From positions 1-26,255 of IMG/VR virus record IMGVR_UViG_3300025595_000016: a stretch of DNA of 26,255 nt; one strand, written 5' to 3'. The first letter of the stretch is position 1; each line of letters opens with the position of its first letter. Both the position numbers and the translations under genes were made by a program. The notes beneath the pieces are model-generated. The model ran no database searches, had not been told where the DNA came from, and was given only the letters and a program-made list of their open reading frames with translations. Below are positions 1 through 8,783 of this stretch, piece by piece. This stretch comes from a virus (Duplodnaviria; Caudoviricetes).

Positions 1-6
1 CCCCTA

Positions 7-26
7 TTACTCACAAGTTATCCACA
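7..26 (+). promoter_or_regulatory. Tandem DnaA-box-like sites
   Basis: TTATCCACA at 18-26 is a perfect DnaA box. TTACTCACA at 7-15 has one mismatch to TTWTNCACA. Same orientation, 11-bp period, 8 bp before the terS ATG. Confidence 0.4.
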
Positions 27-34
27 GGCACAAT

Positions 35-406
35 ATGAAAACACCTCCACGGCAAATAATTGGCTTTATCCGCGAACCAAAAACATGGAATGCAACCGCT
101 TTTGAAACGGCCATTCGCAACGATGTAGAAAATTCCACCGGCAACATTACCGCCGCTGACGAACTGTTGATTGGTGCGCTGGTGATGGTGATGGAAACCC
201 TTTTGGAAAGCCACTTGGACTTGTTGAAGTCGGGGCCAACTTACCATTACCCATCGGGTGATGCGCCTAGTCCGCACTACAAGATTCGCACTGAATGCTT
301 AGACAAAGCCATTAAGATACTTGCGGAACTGGCCCTGGTTGCCCGTGGCCGTCCTAAAAAATCTAACAAAACATCGGATGTTGATGAGTTATTCGCCTCT
401 GCTTAA
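35..406 (+). CDS. terS: Terminase small subunit (P27-family-like)
   Basis: 123 aa directly upstream of and overlapping terL. Contains G-x-T-Y...PSPHYKI...LAELALVARGR, resembling the P27-type C-terminal helix motif. Confidence 0.85.
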   Translation: MKTPPRQIIGFIREPKTWNATAFETAIRNDVENSTGNITAADELLIGALVMVMETLLESHLDLLKSGPTYHYPSGDAPSPHYKIRTECLDKAIKILAELALVARGRPKKSNKTSDVDELFASA

Positions 407-2063
407 CCCCGCATTTGAGTACGCAACTAGCGTAGTTCGCGGGGACATACTTGCTTGTGAGGATGTCCGGTTAGCTTGTCAACGCTTTTTGGATATGGTG
501 GAACGCAAGGATGCGCCCTACGAATTTGTCCCCGCAAAAGCCGAACACATTCTAAAGTTTGTCAGTTTTTGCAAGCACGTTAAAGGGCCGGATGCCGGTA
601 AGTCAATTACGCTCCAGCCGTTTCAAGTATTGTTCTTGGCAGCTATTTATGGTTTTCGGGATAGGCGGGATGTAAACATCCGGTGGACAACTGACGTAAT
701 TCTGTTTGTTCCCCGCAAGTCTGGCAAGACAACTATTGCGTCCATTATTGCCCTGTACGAACTACAGTTTGGCGATGCCGGCCCCGAAGTCTTTACTTTG
801 GCCACAAACCGCGAACAAGCGTCTATTTGCTTTGATTCTTCCAAAGCCATTGTGGAAAACATGAAATCTGAATTGGCGGCAAAGTTCATTATTTACCGCA
901 GCGAACTGAAAAAGACGGGGGATAGTACAAGTACCTATAGGGCGCTTTCCCGCGACAACCGCAAATCCGGTGATGGCAAAAACCCGTCTTGCGCCATGAT
1001 TGATGAGGCGGCACAGATTGTGGACAGGGGCTCAATTGAGGTACTTCATTCGGGTATGGGCGCTAGGAAAAACCCTTTGCGGATGTATCTGACTACCGCC
1101 AGCTTCACCAAGGAAACCAAATTCTTTGAGGATTTAAGCCACTTCAAAAACATGATTCGCGGCGTTGCTGCTGACAATAATCGGTGGTTTGGGCTTTGTT
1201 ACAGCATTGATTTAGGCGATGAATGGAGCAATCCAGAGGTGTGGGGCAAGGCCAATCCCATGCTTGGCGTGTCGGTGACAAAAGAGCATATTGCTCACAT
1301 GGCGGCAGAGGCAAATGCCAAACCAGCCAGCCTTAATGAGTTTTTGTGCAAGCAGTTAAACATCTATGTCAGCGCCAATTCGGCTTGGATAGATCGCCGC
1401 TATTGGGATGAATCGGCAGACAAGATGCCGGAGGATAAGCCGGAGTCCACATTTATGGCATTTGACTTGGCGCACAGCCGAGATTTAAATGCCATTTGCA
1501 CTTTGCACCGCTATTCGGAAGAAGATTTTTACACCAAATTTCAATTTTTCTTGCCGGAAGAAGCATTAGGGTTTATACCTAACCATTACAAAAGCATTTA
1601 TTTGCAAGCCATTGAAAGCGGGATTTTGCGTCTTACCCAAGGCAATGTTACCGACTTTACAGAAATTGAATCTTATATAAAACAACAATGTATAGAGCAT
1701 GATGTTAAGGAAATAGGGTTTGATCCTTATAACGCCGCCTCTCTTGTGGCTAACCTTTATGGTGCGGGTTTACCCGTAAAGAAGGTGGGTCAAGGTATGG
1801 CGGTATTGTCTAACCCATCCAAAACTGCGGAACAATTAATTCAGAAAAAAGCCATTAAACATGATGGAAACCCATTTGTTGGTTGGCAACTTTCCAATTG
1901 CGAAGTGTTTGTAGATGTCAATTCCAATGTTAAAGTGCGTAAAAATGAAGCTGATCCTAGCGCCAAGGTGGACGGGATTATCTCCATGATAATGGCCCTG
2001 CATTGCCATTTGGACAATGTTTTTGTCAGTGATTCGTATGGATTTAGATCGTTAGAATGGTAA
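384..2063 (+). CDS. terL: Terminase large subunit (HK97-like Terminase_1 type)
   Basis: LQPFQ adenine-binding motif, Walker A VPRKSGKTT, Walker B AMIDE, nuclease motifs AFDLAHSRD and KVDGIIS. Start placed at ATG 384 (alternative ATG 378) rather than TTG 321. Confidence 0.97.
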   Translation: MSYSPLLNPAFEYATSVVRGDILACEDVRLACQRFLDMVERKDAPYEFVPAKAEHILKFVSFCKHVKGPDAGKSITLQPFQVLFLAAIYGFRDRRDVNIRWTTDVILFVPRKSGKTTIASIIALYELQFGDAGPEVFTLATNREQASICFDSSKAIVENMKSELAAKFIIYRSELKKTGDSTSTYRALSRDNRKSGDGKNPSCAMIDEAAQIVDRGSIEVLHSGMGARKNPLRMYLTTASFTKETKFFEDLSHFKNMIRGVAADNNRWFGLCYSIDLGDEWSNPEVWGKANPMLGVSVTKEHIAHMAAEANAKPASLNEFLCKQLNIYVSANSAWIDRRYWDESADKMPEDKPESTFMAFDLAHSRDLNAICTLHRYSEEDFYTKFQFFLPEEALGFIPNHYKSIYLQAIESGILRLTQGNVTDFTEIESYIKQQCIEHDVKEIGFDPYNAASLVANLYGAGLPVKKVGQGMAVLSNPSKTAEQLIQKKAIKHDGNPFVGWQLSNCEVFVDVNSNVKVRKNEADPSAKVDGIISMIMALHCHLDNVFVSDSYGFRSLEW

Positions 2064-2066
2064 AAT
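2058..2066 (+). promoter_or_regulatory. Possible extended -10 promoter element upstream of portal
   Basis: TGGTAAAAT (TGn-TAAAAT) overlaps the terL stop. It is followed by the SD GGAG and the portal ATG at 2089. Confidence 0.3.
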
Positions 2067-2088
2067 CCCACGAAAATGGAGCGTAAAT

Positions 2089-3483
2089 ATGGCACTTCTT
2101 GATATTTTCAAACGAAAAGACGTTAAGGAAAGCAATACGCTTTTCGGGCAAACCGCGCTTGGCAATAACATTGTTTACCAAGGCGACAACAAGAATCCGA
2201 ATGTAAATACTCAGATTCTGTATGTAACCACCAGTTCGACAAATAACGCCGGTAGGCCGGTGGATATGTCGTTGCTTACTCGCAATTCGACAATTATGTC
2301 TTGCGTGGCGCTAAAGGCTAGGGCATTGTCTCAGCTTCCTATTAAGGTAGTCAGCAAATCGGATGATGGTACTTATGTTGACGCTATCAAATCTGAATTG
2401 GTTGGTGCTCGAGATAAAGCCAAAGCCAAGCAAGTTGCCAATTTACTTGCCCAGCCAAATCACTTTCAATCCACCTATGAGTTTTGGTATCAATGGCTCA
2501 TGTGGTACGAACTTTCGGGTGAAGCATTTACCCTTTGGTGGAGAAAAGATCAAAAGAATAGCATGGAAACTCCGCTGGAGATGTACCTGCTTGATTCCAC
2601 CCTTATTGCGGTAACAATCACGCCTACCCGTTACCCGTCTTACCGCCTTTCCACACCGTCCTACGGTTTTTCGCGGGATGAGCCGCTTGCCGCCCACCAG
2701 GTAATGCACTGCAAGGACATGAACTGGCAAGGTTCTGCCGGTTTCAACAAAGGCATTTTGGCCGCTGAATTAATATCGCTGGATCAGGACATTGATTTGT
2801 ATGCCAACTATGTAATGCAAAACGGCGCAAAGCCATCGGGGATGTTTACCACCGAGCAGGTGATTGCCGATGCCAAATACAAAGAAATTGCCGCCCGTTT
2901 GAAGGAAGCATGGAGCAGCATGGTGGGAAGCCGCCAATCCGATCCTAGCAAGCCAGGCCAAGGTATGCTGCTAGATCAGGGAATGAAATATACCCCGCTA
3001 AATATGCTTACTTTGCAAGATGCGGATGCCGCCGCCTTAAAAGATCAAACCATGAAGCGGATTTGCGCTCTTTTTGGTGTGCCGCATCAAATGCTGTCGG
3101 TAGGCGGTGAGGGCAAATTTAACAACACCCAAACTTTGTTGGATGAGTTTTATAAATCCACCATGTACCCGACTTTGGTTAATGTCCAGCAAAAACTAAA
3201 GCAACATTTGTTCCAAGGTTATCCAAACTTGGCAATTGAGTTTGATACCTGCAACTTCCTAAAAGGCGCTCCGCTGGATCAAATGAATTTTGCTGCCGCA
3301 GGTGTAGGCGCTGGCATAATGACTCCAAATGAGGCCCGTGAGTACCTTGGATTGCCGCAAATTGACGGCGCAGACGAATTAATGGATACTAAAGCCGTGG
3401 AGCCAATTGCTGGGAATTCCCCGCAAGATACCGGAGGCGGCGGCGGCAATCAAACAAAAAAGATGAATATTGGCAAAAAATGA
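2089..3483 (+). CDS. Portal protein, HK97 family
   Basis: Motifs SCVALKARALSQLP, QPNHFQS, NGAKPSG, LDQGMKY, ICALFGVP, GIMTPNEARE. Position directly after terL. Confidence 0.97.
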   Translation: MALLDIFKRKDVKESNTLFGQTALGNNIVYQGDNKNPNVNTQILYVTTSSTNNAGRPVDMSLLTRNSTIMSCVALKARALSQLPIKVVSKSDDGTYVDAIKSELVGARDKAKAKQVANLLAQPNHFQSTYEFWYQWLMWYELSGEAFTLWWRKDQKNSMETPLEMYLLDSTLIAVTITPTRYPSYRLSTPSYGFSRDEPLAAHQVMHCKDMNWQGSAGFNKGILAAELISLDQDIDLYANYVMQNGAKPSGMFTTEQVIADAKYKEIAARLKEAWSSMVGSRQSDPSKPGQGMLLDQGMKYTPLNMLTLQDADAAALKDQTMKRICALFGVPHQMLSVGGEGKFNNTQTLLDEFYKSTMYPTLVNVQQKLKQHLFQGYPNLAIEFDTCNFLKGAPLDQMNFAAAGVGAGIMTPNEAREYLGLPQIDGADELMDTKAVEPIAGNSPQDTGGGGGNQTKKMNIGKK

Positions 3484-3677
3484 TAGACTTGGCCCAATTG
3501 CTGGCACTACAGAAAAAGTATAATAAACCCAAAAAGCGGGTAAGTGCGCTAGAATTACCTACAATATACGACATTGATTTAACAAAAGTCGATGAGGTAA
3601 TCAATGACTCAAAATTTAAAAATGCTGTGCGAAACCCGTTTAATCGTAGAGAAATCGGGCAACACTGGCAAGATTGA
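3480..3677 (+). CDS. Possible small basic protein overlapping portal stop and protease start (uncertain)
   Basis: ATGA overlap with the portal stop suggests coupling. However it overlaps the protease by 74 nt and lies across promoter-like sequence. Confidence 0.25.
   Translation: MIDLAQLLALQKKYNKPKKRVSALELPTIYDIDLTKVDEVINDSKFKNAVRNPFNRREIGQHWQD
3498..3565 (+). promoter_or_regulatory. Putative promoter region for protease-capsid transcript
   Basis: Perfect TATAAT at 3519-3524 with TTGCTG at 3498-3503 (15-bp spacer, suboptimal). Further -10-like TAGAAT 3550-3555 and TACAAT 3560-3565 in the largest inter-gene gap (120 bp). Confidence 0.35.
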
Positions 3678-4377
3678 AGCTACTGTTACTACTTGGGGAG
3701 CCCGTGAGGGTGCAGACGGTAGGCGTTTCAATTATCAGCCCGAAGGCTTTATGGATTGGGCCGAATCCTTTGCTAAAGGCGGCAAACCCCTTCCTATGTT
3801 TTTAAATCATCAATCGGATGCAATGCCGGTTGGTGAATGGACATCCTTTGAAATGGATGGTTCCGGCATGATGGCGCAAGGACGTATTTACATGAATACT
3901 ACAGCCGGAAAAGATATTTACACCGTAATGCAGGAATCTCCGCAAATGTTTGGCGGTGTTTCTGTTGGCGCTTATGCCGAAGATTATCAAATGGTTAATG
4001 CCGATGGCGAACCCGATCAATCTGAAGAAGCATATTTTCAAATTACCAAAGGTGGATTGCGTGAGGTATCTATTGTGATGTATCCCAATAACCCCGAGGC
4101 AAATGTCAACAAACTGGAGTTTTTCCGGCCCGATGGCTCTGCCGATTTAAAGATTTTGGAGCAAGCCCTGCGTGATGCTGGACTATCCAAGAGTGATGCG
4201 GTTGCCGCTGCATCTACTTTCAAAAAGGTGCTTGAGCAGCGCGATGCTGTTGTAGTGCCTGTTGAAACTGCACCAATTCTGAGTGATTCTGATGCGGAGG
4301 CAACCAAAGCGGAAATTCTCGCGGCTCTCGAGCAACGCGAACTCCTTAAAACTCTCGATAAACGACTGAAAGGTTAA
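3604..4377 (+). CDS. Prohead (maturation) protease, HK97 gp4-like
   Basis: LPMFLNH (catalytic His), GGVSVG (catalytic Ser), LREVSIV. SD GAGGT upstream. C-terminal LEQALRDAGLSKSDA extension typical of the family. Confidence 0.93.
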   Translation: MTQNLKMLCETRLIVEKSGNTGKIEATVTTWGAREGADGRRFNYQPEGFMDWAESFAKGGKPLPMFLNHQSDAMPVGEWTSFEMDGSGMMAQGRIYMNTTAGKDIYTVMQESPQMFGGVSVGAYAEDYQMVNADGEPDQSEEAYFQITKGGLREVSIVMYPNNPEANVNKLEFFRPDGSADLKILEQALRDAGLSKSDAVAAASTFKKVLEQRDAVVVPVETAPILSDSDAEATKAEILAALEQRELLKTLDKRLKG

Positions 4378-4379
4378 TT

Positions 4380-5723
4380 ATGTCTAAAGAAATCATTGAA
4401 AAATTGGACGCAATTGAAGCGGCTCAAGCCGAAAAGATCAGCGCCACCGAAGCAAAATCTATCGCTGCTGTGGAAGCCGCAAAGGTAGAAATGCAAGAGA
4501 AAATTGCTGCCCTGGAAGCCAAAGTTGCTTCTGTGCAAGCCCCCGCAATCATCCAAGCACCGGCCAAAACCATTCGTGGTGATGTCAACCGTAATGTGCG
4601 CGAACAACTGACTCAGTTCTACAAAGCTAACAACCGTGTAGAAAAAGAATTAAAGATGTTTGCTGATGAAAGCCAATACGATGCGTATCTGCGCGAAGCC
4701 TCGGCCCTTACCGGCGGCGGCGATGGCAAAGGTGGCCGTACTGCTTATGATCCTACGTTTGTTGCTCTGCGTTTGGCTAATCCTTTGCGCGGCCTGACTC
4801 GCACCGTTGCTACTGATGGTTCTAGCTATCAGTTTCGCGTAAAAGTAGGCAACGCTGGCGCTGCTTGGGGATATGGTATTCAGAACAATGGTACGCCCAC
4901 TACTGAAGACACCACTATCTGGCAATTGGTTTTGCAAGACTTGAATGTCCAGTTTCCGATCCGTACTGCGGCTTTGGATGACATTGACGGTTTGGAAGCC
5001 AATGTGGTTGACGATATGCTCTTGGAATTCGCCCAGGCAGAAGCCCTTTCCATGATCCAGAACAACGATCAAGGCGCAACATCGTTGCCCTACGGTGGTT
5101 CTAATGGTTTGCGTGGTTTGGATCAGTATGCTGGTTCTAATAGCACTTATGCTGGTGGCACATCTTCTGTTGCTGCATTTGGTTCTAGCGGTACTGGTTC
5201 TACTTCCGGCTTGCATAGTCTGGCTACCTACGATCAGTTGACTTCTAACGCTAATACGGTTGGTGCAAACGCCATTGCCTATAAAGACGTTATCAACTTG
5301 ATCTACGCACTGCCACAGCAATACTGGACTTCCAATGCCAAGTTTATGGTTAACCCCATCTTGGCACAGGCAATCCGTGGCTTGCAAGATACCAATGGCC
5401 GTCCGATTTTCAACTCTGTTGAATCTCTGAATCCTGATGGCATCATCGGCCAACTGTTGGGCTTTGATGTGGTAATGAACAAGTATCTGGACACTCCTAG
5501 CCAGACTACTACTGGTTCTGCCGGCACTAACAGCTTGTACCCAATGTACTTTGCTGATTGGAGCCGCTTCCACACAACCGTGGATCGTCTGAACATGGTT
5601 ATGCGCCGCTACGATCAAACGTTGCCAGGCTACATCACGTTCTTTGGCGAGAAGCGTTTGGCTACATCGGTTCGTGATCCGAACGCTGGTGTGCGCTATC
5701 GTTCTACCGGAACTGCAACCTAA
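4380..5723 (+). CDS. Major capsid protein, HK97 fold, with ~106-aa coiled-coil delta (scaffold) domain
   Basis: Ala/Glu/Lys-rich N-terminus; GLQDTNGRPIF, LLGFDVVMN, YFADW, GEKRL motifs. Strong codon bias. Follows the protease. Confidence 0.96.
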   Translation: MSKEIIEKLDAIEAAQAEKISATEAKSIAAVEAAKVEMQEKIAALEAKVASVQAPAIIQAPAKTIRGDVNRNVREQLTQFYKANNRVEKELKMFADESQYDAYLREASALTGGGDGKGGRTAYDPTFVALRLANPLRGLTRTVATDGSSYQFRVKVGNAGAAWGYGIQNNGTPTTEDTTIWQLVLQDLNVQFPIRTAALDDIDGLEANVVDDMLLEFAQAEALSMIQNNDQGATSLPYGGSNGLRGLDQYAGSNSTYAGGTSSVAAFGSSGTGSTSGLHSLATYDQLTSNANTVGANAIAYKDVINLIYALPQQYWTSNAKFMVNPILAQAIRGLQDTNGRPIFNSVESLNPDGIIGQLLGFDVVMNKYLDTPSQTTTGSAGTNSLYPMYFADWSRFHTTVDRLNMVMRRYDQTLPGYITFFGEKRLATSVRDPNAGVRYRSTGTAT

Positions 5724-5733
5724 TTGTTGCCTT

Positions 5734-5762
5734 GGTGGGGGCCGCGGCCCCCGCCTTTTTCT
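5734..5762 (+). terminator. Rho-independent terminator between the two capsid genes
   Basis: GGTGGGGGC-CGCG-GCCCCCGCC forms a 9-bp stem (one G-U), followed by TTTTTCT, 10 nt after the capsid stop. Confidence 0.85.
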
Positions 5763-5780
5763 CAATCCGAAAGTATCACC

Positions 5781-6809
5781 ATGACTATTACCGAAAAAAT
5801 CCTTACGGGCATTAAGCAAACTATCAATGAGGGTGGCAAAGTAACCATTGACTTGAAAGAAGCATCAAGCCTTACAGGTTCTGGTGATAACAAGGGTGGA
5901 CGCACTTTATTTGATGATGCATTCGCAGCGTTGCGTTTTGCAAACCCGATTCGACAAGCAGCGCGACAAGTTGTTCGTGCTGGACAAAGTTCTGTGCAGT
6001 TTGTTGCCAAAGTTGGTAACAGCACAAATCAAACAAATCCTTGGGGATATACGTTTACCGCTGATAGCGGAACGCCCGCAACCGACACATCTATTTGGCA
6101 ATTGCCAACTCGCGTGATTACGGCACAACTACCGATTCGTACTGCGGTGCTGACAGATGTAAATTATTTGGATGAAACCCTTGTTCAAGATTTGATGCAA
6201 GAGTTTGGCGCTGTTGAGGCCGCATCCATGATTCTGAACAACGATCAGGCCGGCTCTACAACCACCGCATACGGCGCTACAAGCGGTTTGCGTGGGCTGA
6301 ATATGTACACGACTGCCAGCGCGTCAGCATTTGGCTCTAGCGGCACGGCAATCACCAATGGTATCCATAGCATTGCAACCGTAAGCCAAGCGGCAGCGGC
6401 TATTTCGTACAGCGACATTACTGATATGGCTCGGTTGTTCCCTGCCCAATACTGGACGCTTCCAGGCACTGCATGGATGATGCACCCGCAAACAATTCAC
6501 AATCTACGCAACTTGGGTGGAACTGCAATCAAGCAATTTGCCGAGGTTGGTGATTCTGATGGCGGTTCTGTTGTTTATATCTTTGGTTTCCCTGTGATTC
6601 CTAATCCCTATATGCAACTGGTTGGCGCTGGAAACTTCAGCATCTATTTGGCTAACTGGCCCAACTTTGTAACGATTGCTGACATTGAAGAAATGACGGT
6701 GCAAGCATTCGATCAAACAACGCCTGGTTTTATAAACCTGTATGCGGAAAAGCGTCTTGCTAGTACCGTTCGTGATCCATTTGCCGGTATTCGTTTAGTG
6801 GGCGTTTAA
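5781..6809 (+). CDS. Second HK97-fold capsid protein (paralogue, short N-terminal propeptide)
   Basis: Aligns end to end with the mature part of 4380..5723 (EASSLTGSGDNKGGRT, ALRFANPIR, PIRTA, NNDQ, GLRGL, QYWT, EKRLASTVRDP). ATG 5781 preferred because the TTG 5724 extension reads through the terminator hairpin. Confidence 0.9.
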   Translation: MTITEKILTGIKQTINEGGKVTIDLKEASSLTGSGDNKGGRTLFDDAFAALRFANPIRQAARQVVRAGQSSVQFVAKVGNSTNQTNPWGYTFTADSGTPATDTSIWQLPTRVITAQLPIRTAVLTDVNYLDETLVQDLMQEFGAVEAASMILNNDQAGSTTTAYGATSGLRGLNMYTTASASAFGSSGTAITNGIHSIATVSQAAAAISYSDITDMARLFPAQYWTLPGTAWMMHPQTIHNLRNLGGTAIKQFAEVGDSDGGSVVYIFGFPVIPNPYMQLVGAGNFSIYLANWPNFVTIADIEEMTVQAFDQTTPGFINLYAEKRLASTVRDPFAGIRLVGV

Positions 6810-6810
6810 T

Positions 6811-7482
6811 ATGCCAGCAGATACCGTCATGGCTGGAGTGCCCTACGGGGCAGTCACACGCAACCCGTTTAATTACGTCAAGGTTGAACAAATCAACCGC
6901 GACAATCAAACGGCATGGTTGACGCTGGAAGAAATCACCCAACAGTTAAACCTGTTTGGCGATGAAAGCCAAGACAGCTACCTGCAAGGGTTGGAACTGG
7001 CTACCCGTCAGGCAATTGAGGACTATTTAGGATTGTCCATTTTTAGCCTGACGTACCGAGTGTGGTACGGTATTGAAAGTCTAGTTTCCTCGCCTGTTTG
7101 CTTTGACTTGCCCGAGGTAAGCCAAAACATCAACAGCGGCCAAGCTGGCATCACGGTTAATTCGCTGAAATATTGGAATGACAATTTCCCGCCTGAGTTG
7201 GTGACGATTGCCAGTTCCAATTATTACTACGATGCCTCGGGGAACAAAGTAATTGTAAACAGTCTGCCGACATCAATAAATTCGGTGATGACGGCCCCAA
7301 TCGTGATTGAGTATTCCACCGTGGCTAACCCGATTTCGGCTTATCCTGTGATTAAGCAAGCTGCTTTGCTGCTACTCACTCACTTGTACAACAACCGTAG
7401 CAATACCGTAGATACGCCAATTAGGGAAATCCCATTTGGCGTGGCTACCTTACTGCGAAATTACAAACCTTTGGTGATGTAA
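6811..7482 (+). CDS. Head-tail connector/adaptor (HK97 gp6-like, long form)
   Basis: LTLEEITQQL...D.YLQGL..ATRQAIEDYLG and IKQAALLLLTHLYNNR...PFGVATLLRNYK, with a central beta-rich insertion. Confidence 0.85.
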   Translation: MPADTVMAGVPYGAVTRNPFNYVKVEQINRDNQTAWLTLEEITQQLNLFGDESQDSYLQGLELATRQAIEDYLGLSIFSLTYRVWYGIESLVSSPVCFDLPEVSQNINSGQAGITVNSLKYWNDNFPPELVTIASSNYYYDASGNKVIVNSLPTSINSVMTAPIVIEYSTVANPISAYPVIKQAALLLLTHLYNNRSNTVDTPIREIPFGVATLLRNYKPLVM

Positions 7483-7827
7483 ATGGCAATAGCACGGTTT
7501 GAAAACATTACGGTAAATCGGCTTACCTTTGGTATAAGTACCTTTGGTGAGCAAAGTACGACTGTTACCCAATGGTTCCAAACCCGTGCGCGTGTGCATT
7601 CGGTGGCTAACCATGTAAAAATAAGCGAAAAGTATCGCGTTTATTCCGATGTAGTGGACTTTACGCTGAACTATACGCCCAACACAAAAGAAATGATTGA
7701 TAACCAAAATCTGTATTCAATCAATTGGCGTAATTTTGATTGGCGCATAGATAACGTGCGCGAAGCTGATGATCGGATGACTGTAAAGATTATTTGCGTT
7801 CGTAATGATCCTGTGGCGGCGGTGTAA
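7483..7827 (+). CDS. Head closure / head-tail joining protein (SPP1 gp16 / HK97 gp7-like)
   Basis: 114 aa beta-rich; FGEQ, TRARV, WRIDNVRE pattern; position after the connector. Confidence 0.78.
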   Translation: MAIARFENITVNRLTFGISTFGEQSTTVTQWFQTRARVHSVANHVKISEKYRVYSDVVDFTLNYTPNTKEMIDNQNLYSINWRNFDWRIDNVREADDRMTVKIICVRNDPVAAV

Positions 7828-8240
7828 TGGCACAAAACAACCCAGTTGACTATGCAAAAGCAATCCAATATCAATTGGCTAACATTGTCACGCCTGTGCC
7901 TGTATACGCCTCTTTTAATCGGAATTACGCTACTCAGCCTAAGTTTCTGGTTTGGAATTTACGCAATGTTCATCAGCCGGTTTTTACTGGACAGAATCAA
8001 AACAATAAAGGGATAGATCGTCCCATATTCCAGATTTCGATATTTACCCAAAATATTGAAGACGGGTTTACAATTAGCAATCAGGTTCTTCAGTCCTTGC
8101 ATGGATATTCGGGGCAGTTTGGTGGATCAAGCGGCTTTTGGATAAGTAAAGCGGACGTAGTTTGGCTTTATAACTCATACAATAATGAAGAAAAACTGGC
8201 AGAGATATTTCTCGACTGCACATTAGATATTCCAACATAG
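7827..8240 (+). CDS. Tail terminator / tail completion protein (lambda gpU-like)
   Basis: 137 aa with VPVY, FQISIF, LQSLHGY motifs, immediately before the tube genes. TAATG overlap. Confidence 0.7.
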   Translation: MAQNNPVDYAKAIQYQLANIVTPVPVYASFNRNYATQPKFLVWNLRNVHQPVFTGQNQNNKGIDRPIFQISIFTQNIEDGFTISNQVLQSLHGYSGQFGGSSGFWISKADVVWLYNSYNNEEKLAEIFLDCTLDIPT

Positions 8241-8271
8241 AACATTAATTTAACCTTGAAGGAAATTTATC

Positions 8272-8769
8272 ATGGCTTTACCCAATAAAGTACTACCTGG
8301 CTTTAGCGCCACAATGTACGCACAACCCGCCACTACTCCTACCGTATTGACGCTTGCTCAATTGTCTACCGTGGCAAGTGTGGCAGCTATTGCGGTAACT
8401 GGCAATTTGATGAATATTGAAGCAGTTCCTGCTTTCGGACAGGATGATGCGGTTGCATCGTTCACCGTAGCGGGTTCGCGTCAATCGGACAAGATTCCTA
8501 GCCAATCTGCCCCAACATCTATGACGATTACCGCTGCTTGGAATCCTAGCGATGCTGTGATTAATACTTTGCTCCGTACCGATGCTTACAACGGTACTGT
8601 GGATCGTACTTTTGTGATTGCGGCTACCGATGGTACAAACATTGTGTATTACTCTTTTGTTGGCCGTGTATCTCAATTCCAAATTGATGCAGCCCCTGGC
8701 GCTGAATCAAAATGCAATTTCACTATCCATCCTCGCGGCAACCTGTATGGTTGGTGCAATAACGCTTAA
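8272..8769 (+). CDS. Tail tube protein 1 (lambda gpV N-domain-like)
   Basis: 165 aa; PAFGQDD, KIP, MTITAAWNPSD, FVGRVSQFQI pattern of siphophage tube proteins. SD GAAGGA. Confidence 0.82.
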   Translation: MALPNKVLPGFSATMYAQPATTPTVLTLAQLSTVASVAAIAVTGNLMNIEAVPAFGQDDAVASFTVAGSRQSDKIPSQSAPTSMTITAAWNPSDAVINTLLRTDAYNGTVDRTFVIAATDGTNIVYYSFVGRVSQFQIDAAPGAESKCNFTIHPRGNLYGWCNNA

Positions 8770-8783
8770 TAAGGAGCAACATC

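Noticed and set aside
66-74. Third DnaA-like box TTATCCGCG
   Set aside because: Two mismatches and inside terS coding sequence; expected by chance.
321-383. Longer terL start at TTG 321
   Set aside because: Deep overlap with terS and no terminase-like sequence before MSYSPLL.
5724-5780. TTG-started N-terminal extension of capsid paralogue 2 (MLPWWGPRPPPF)
   Set aside because: It is the translation of the terminator hairpin. ATG 5781 is the more plausible start.
4650-5819. 389-aa minus-strand ORF
   Set aside because: Antisense shadow of the codon-biased capsid gene. No recognisable motifs, and it crosses the terminator.
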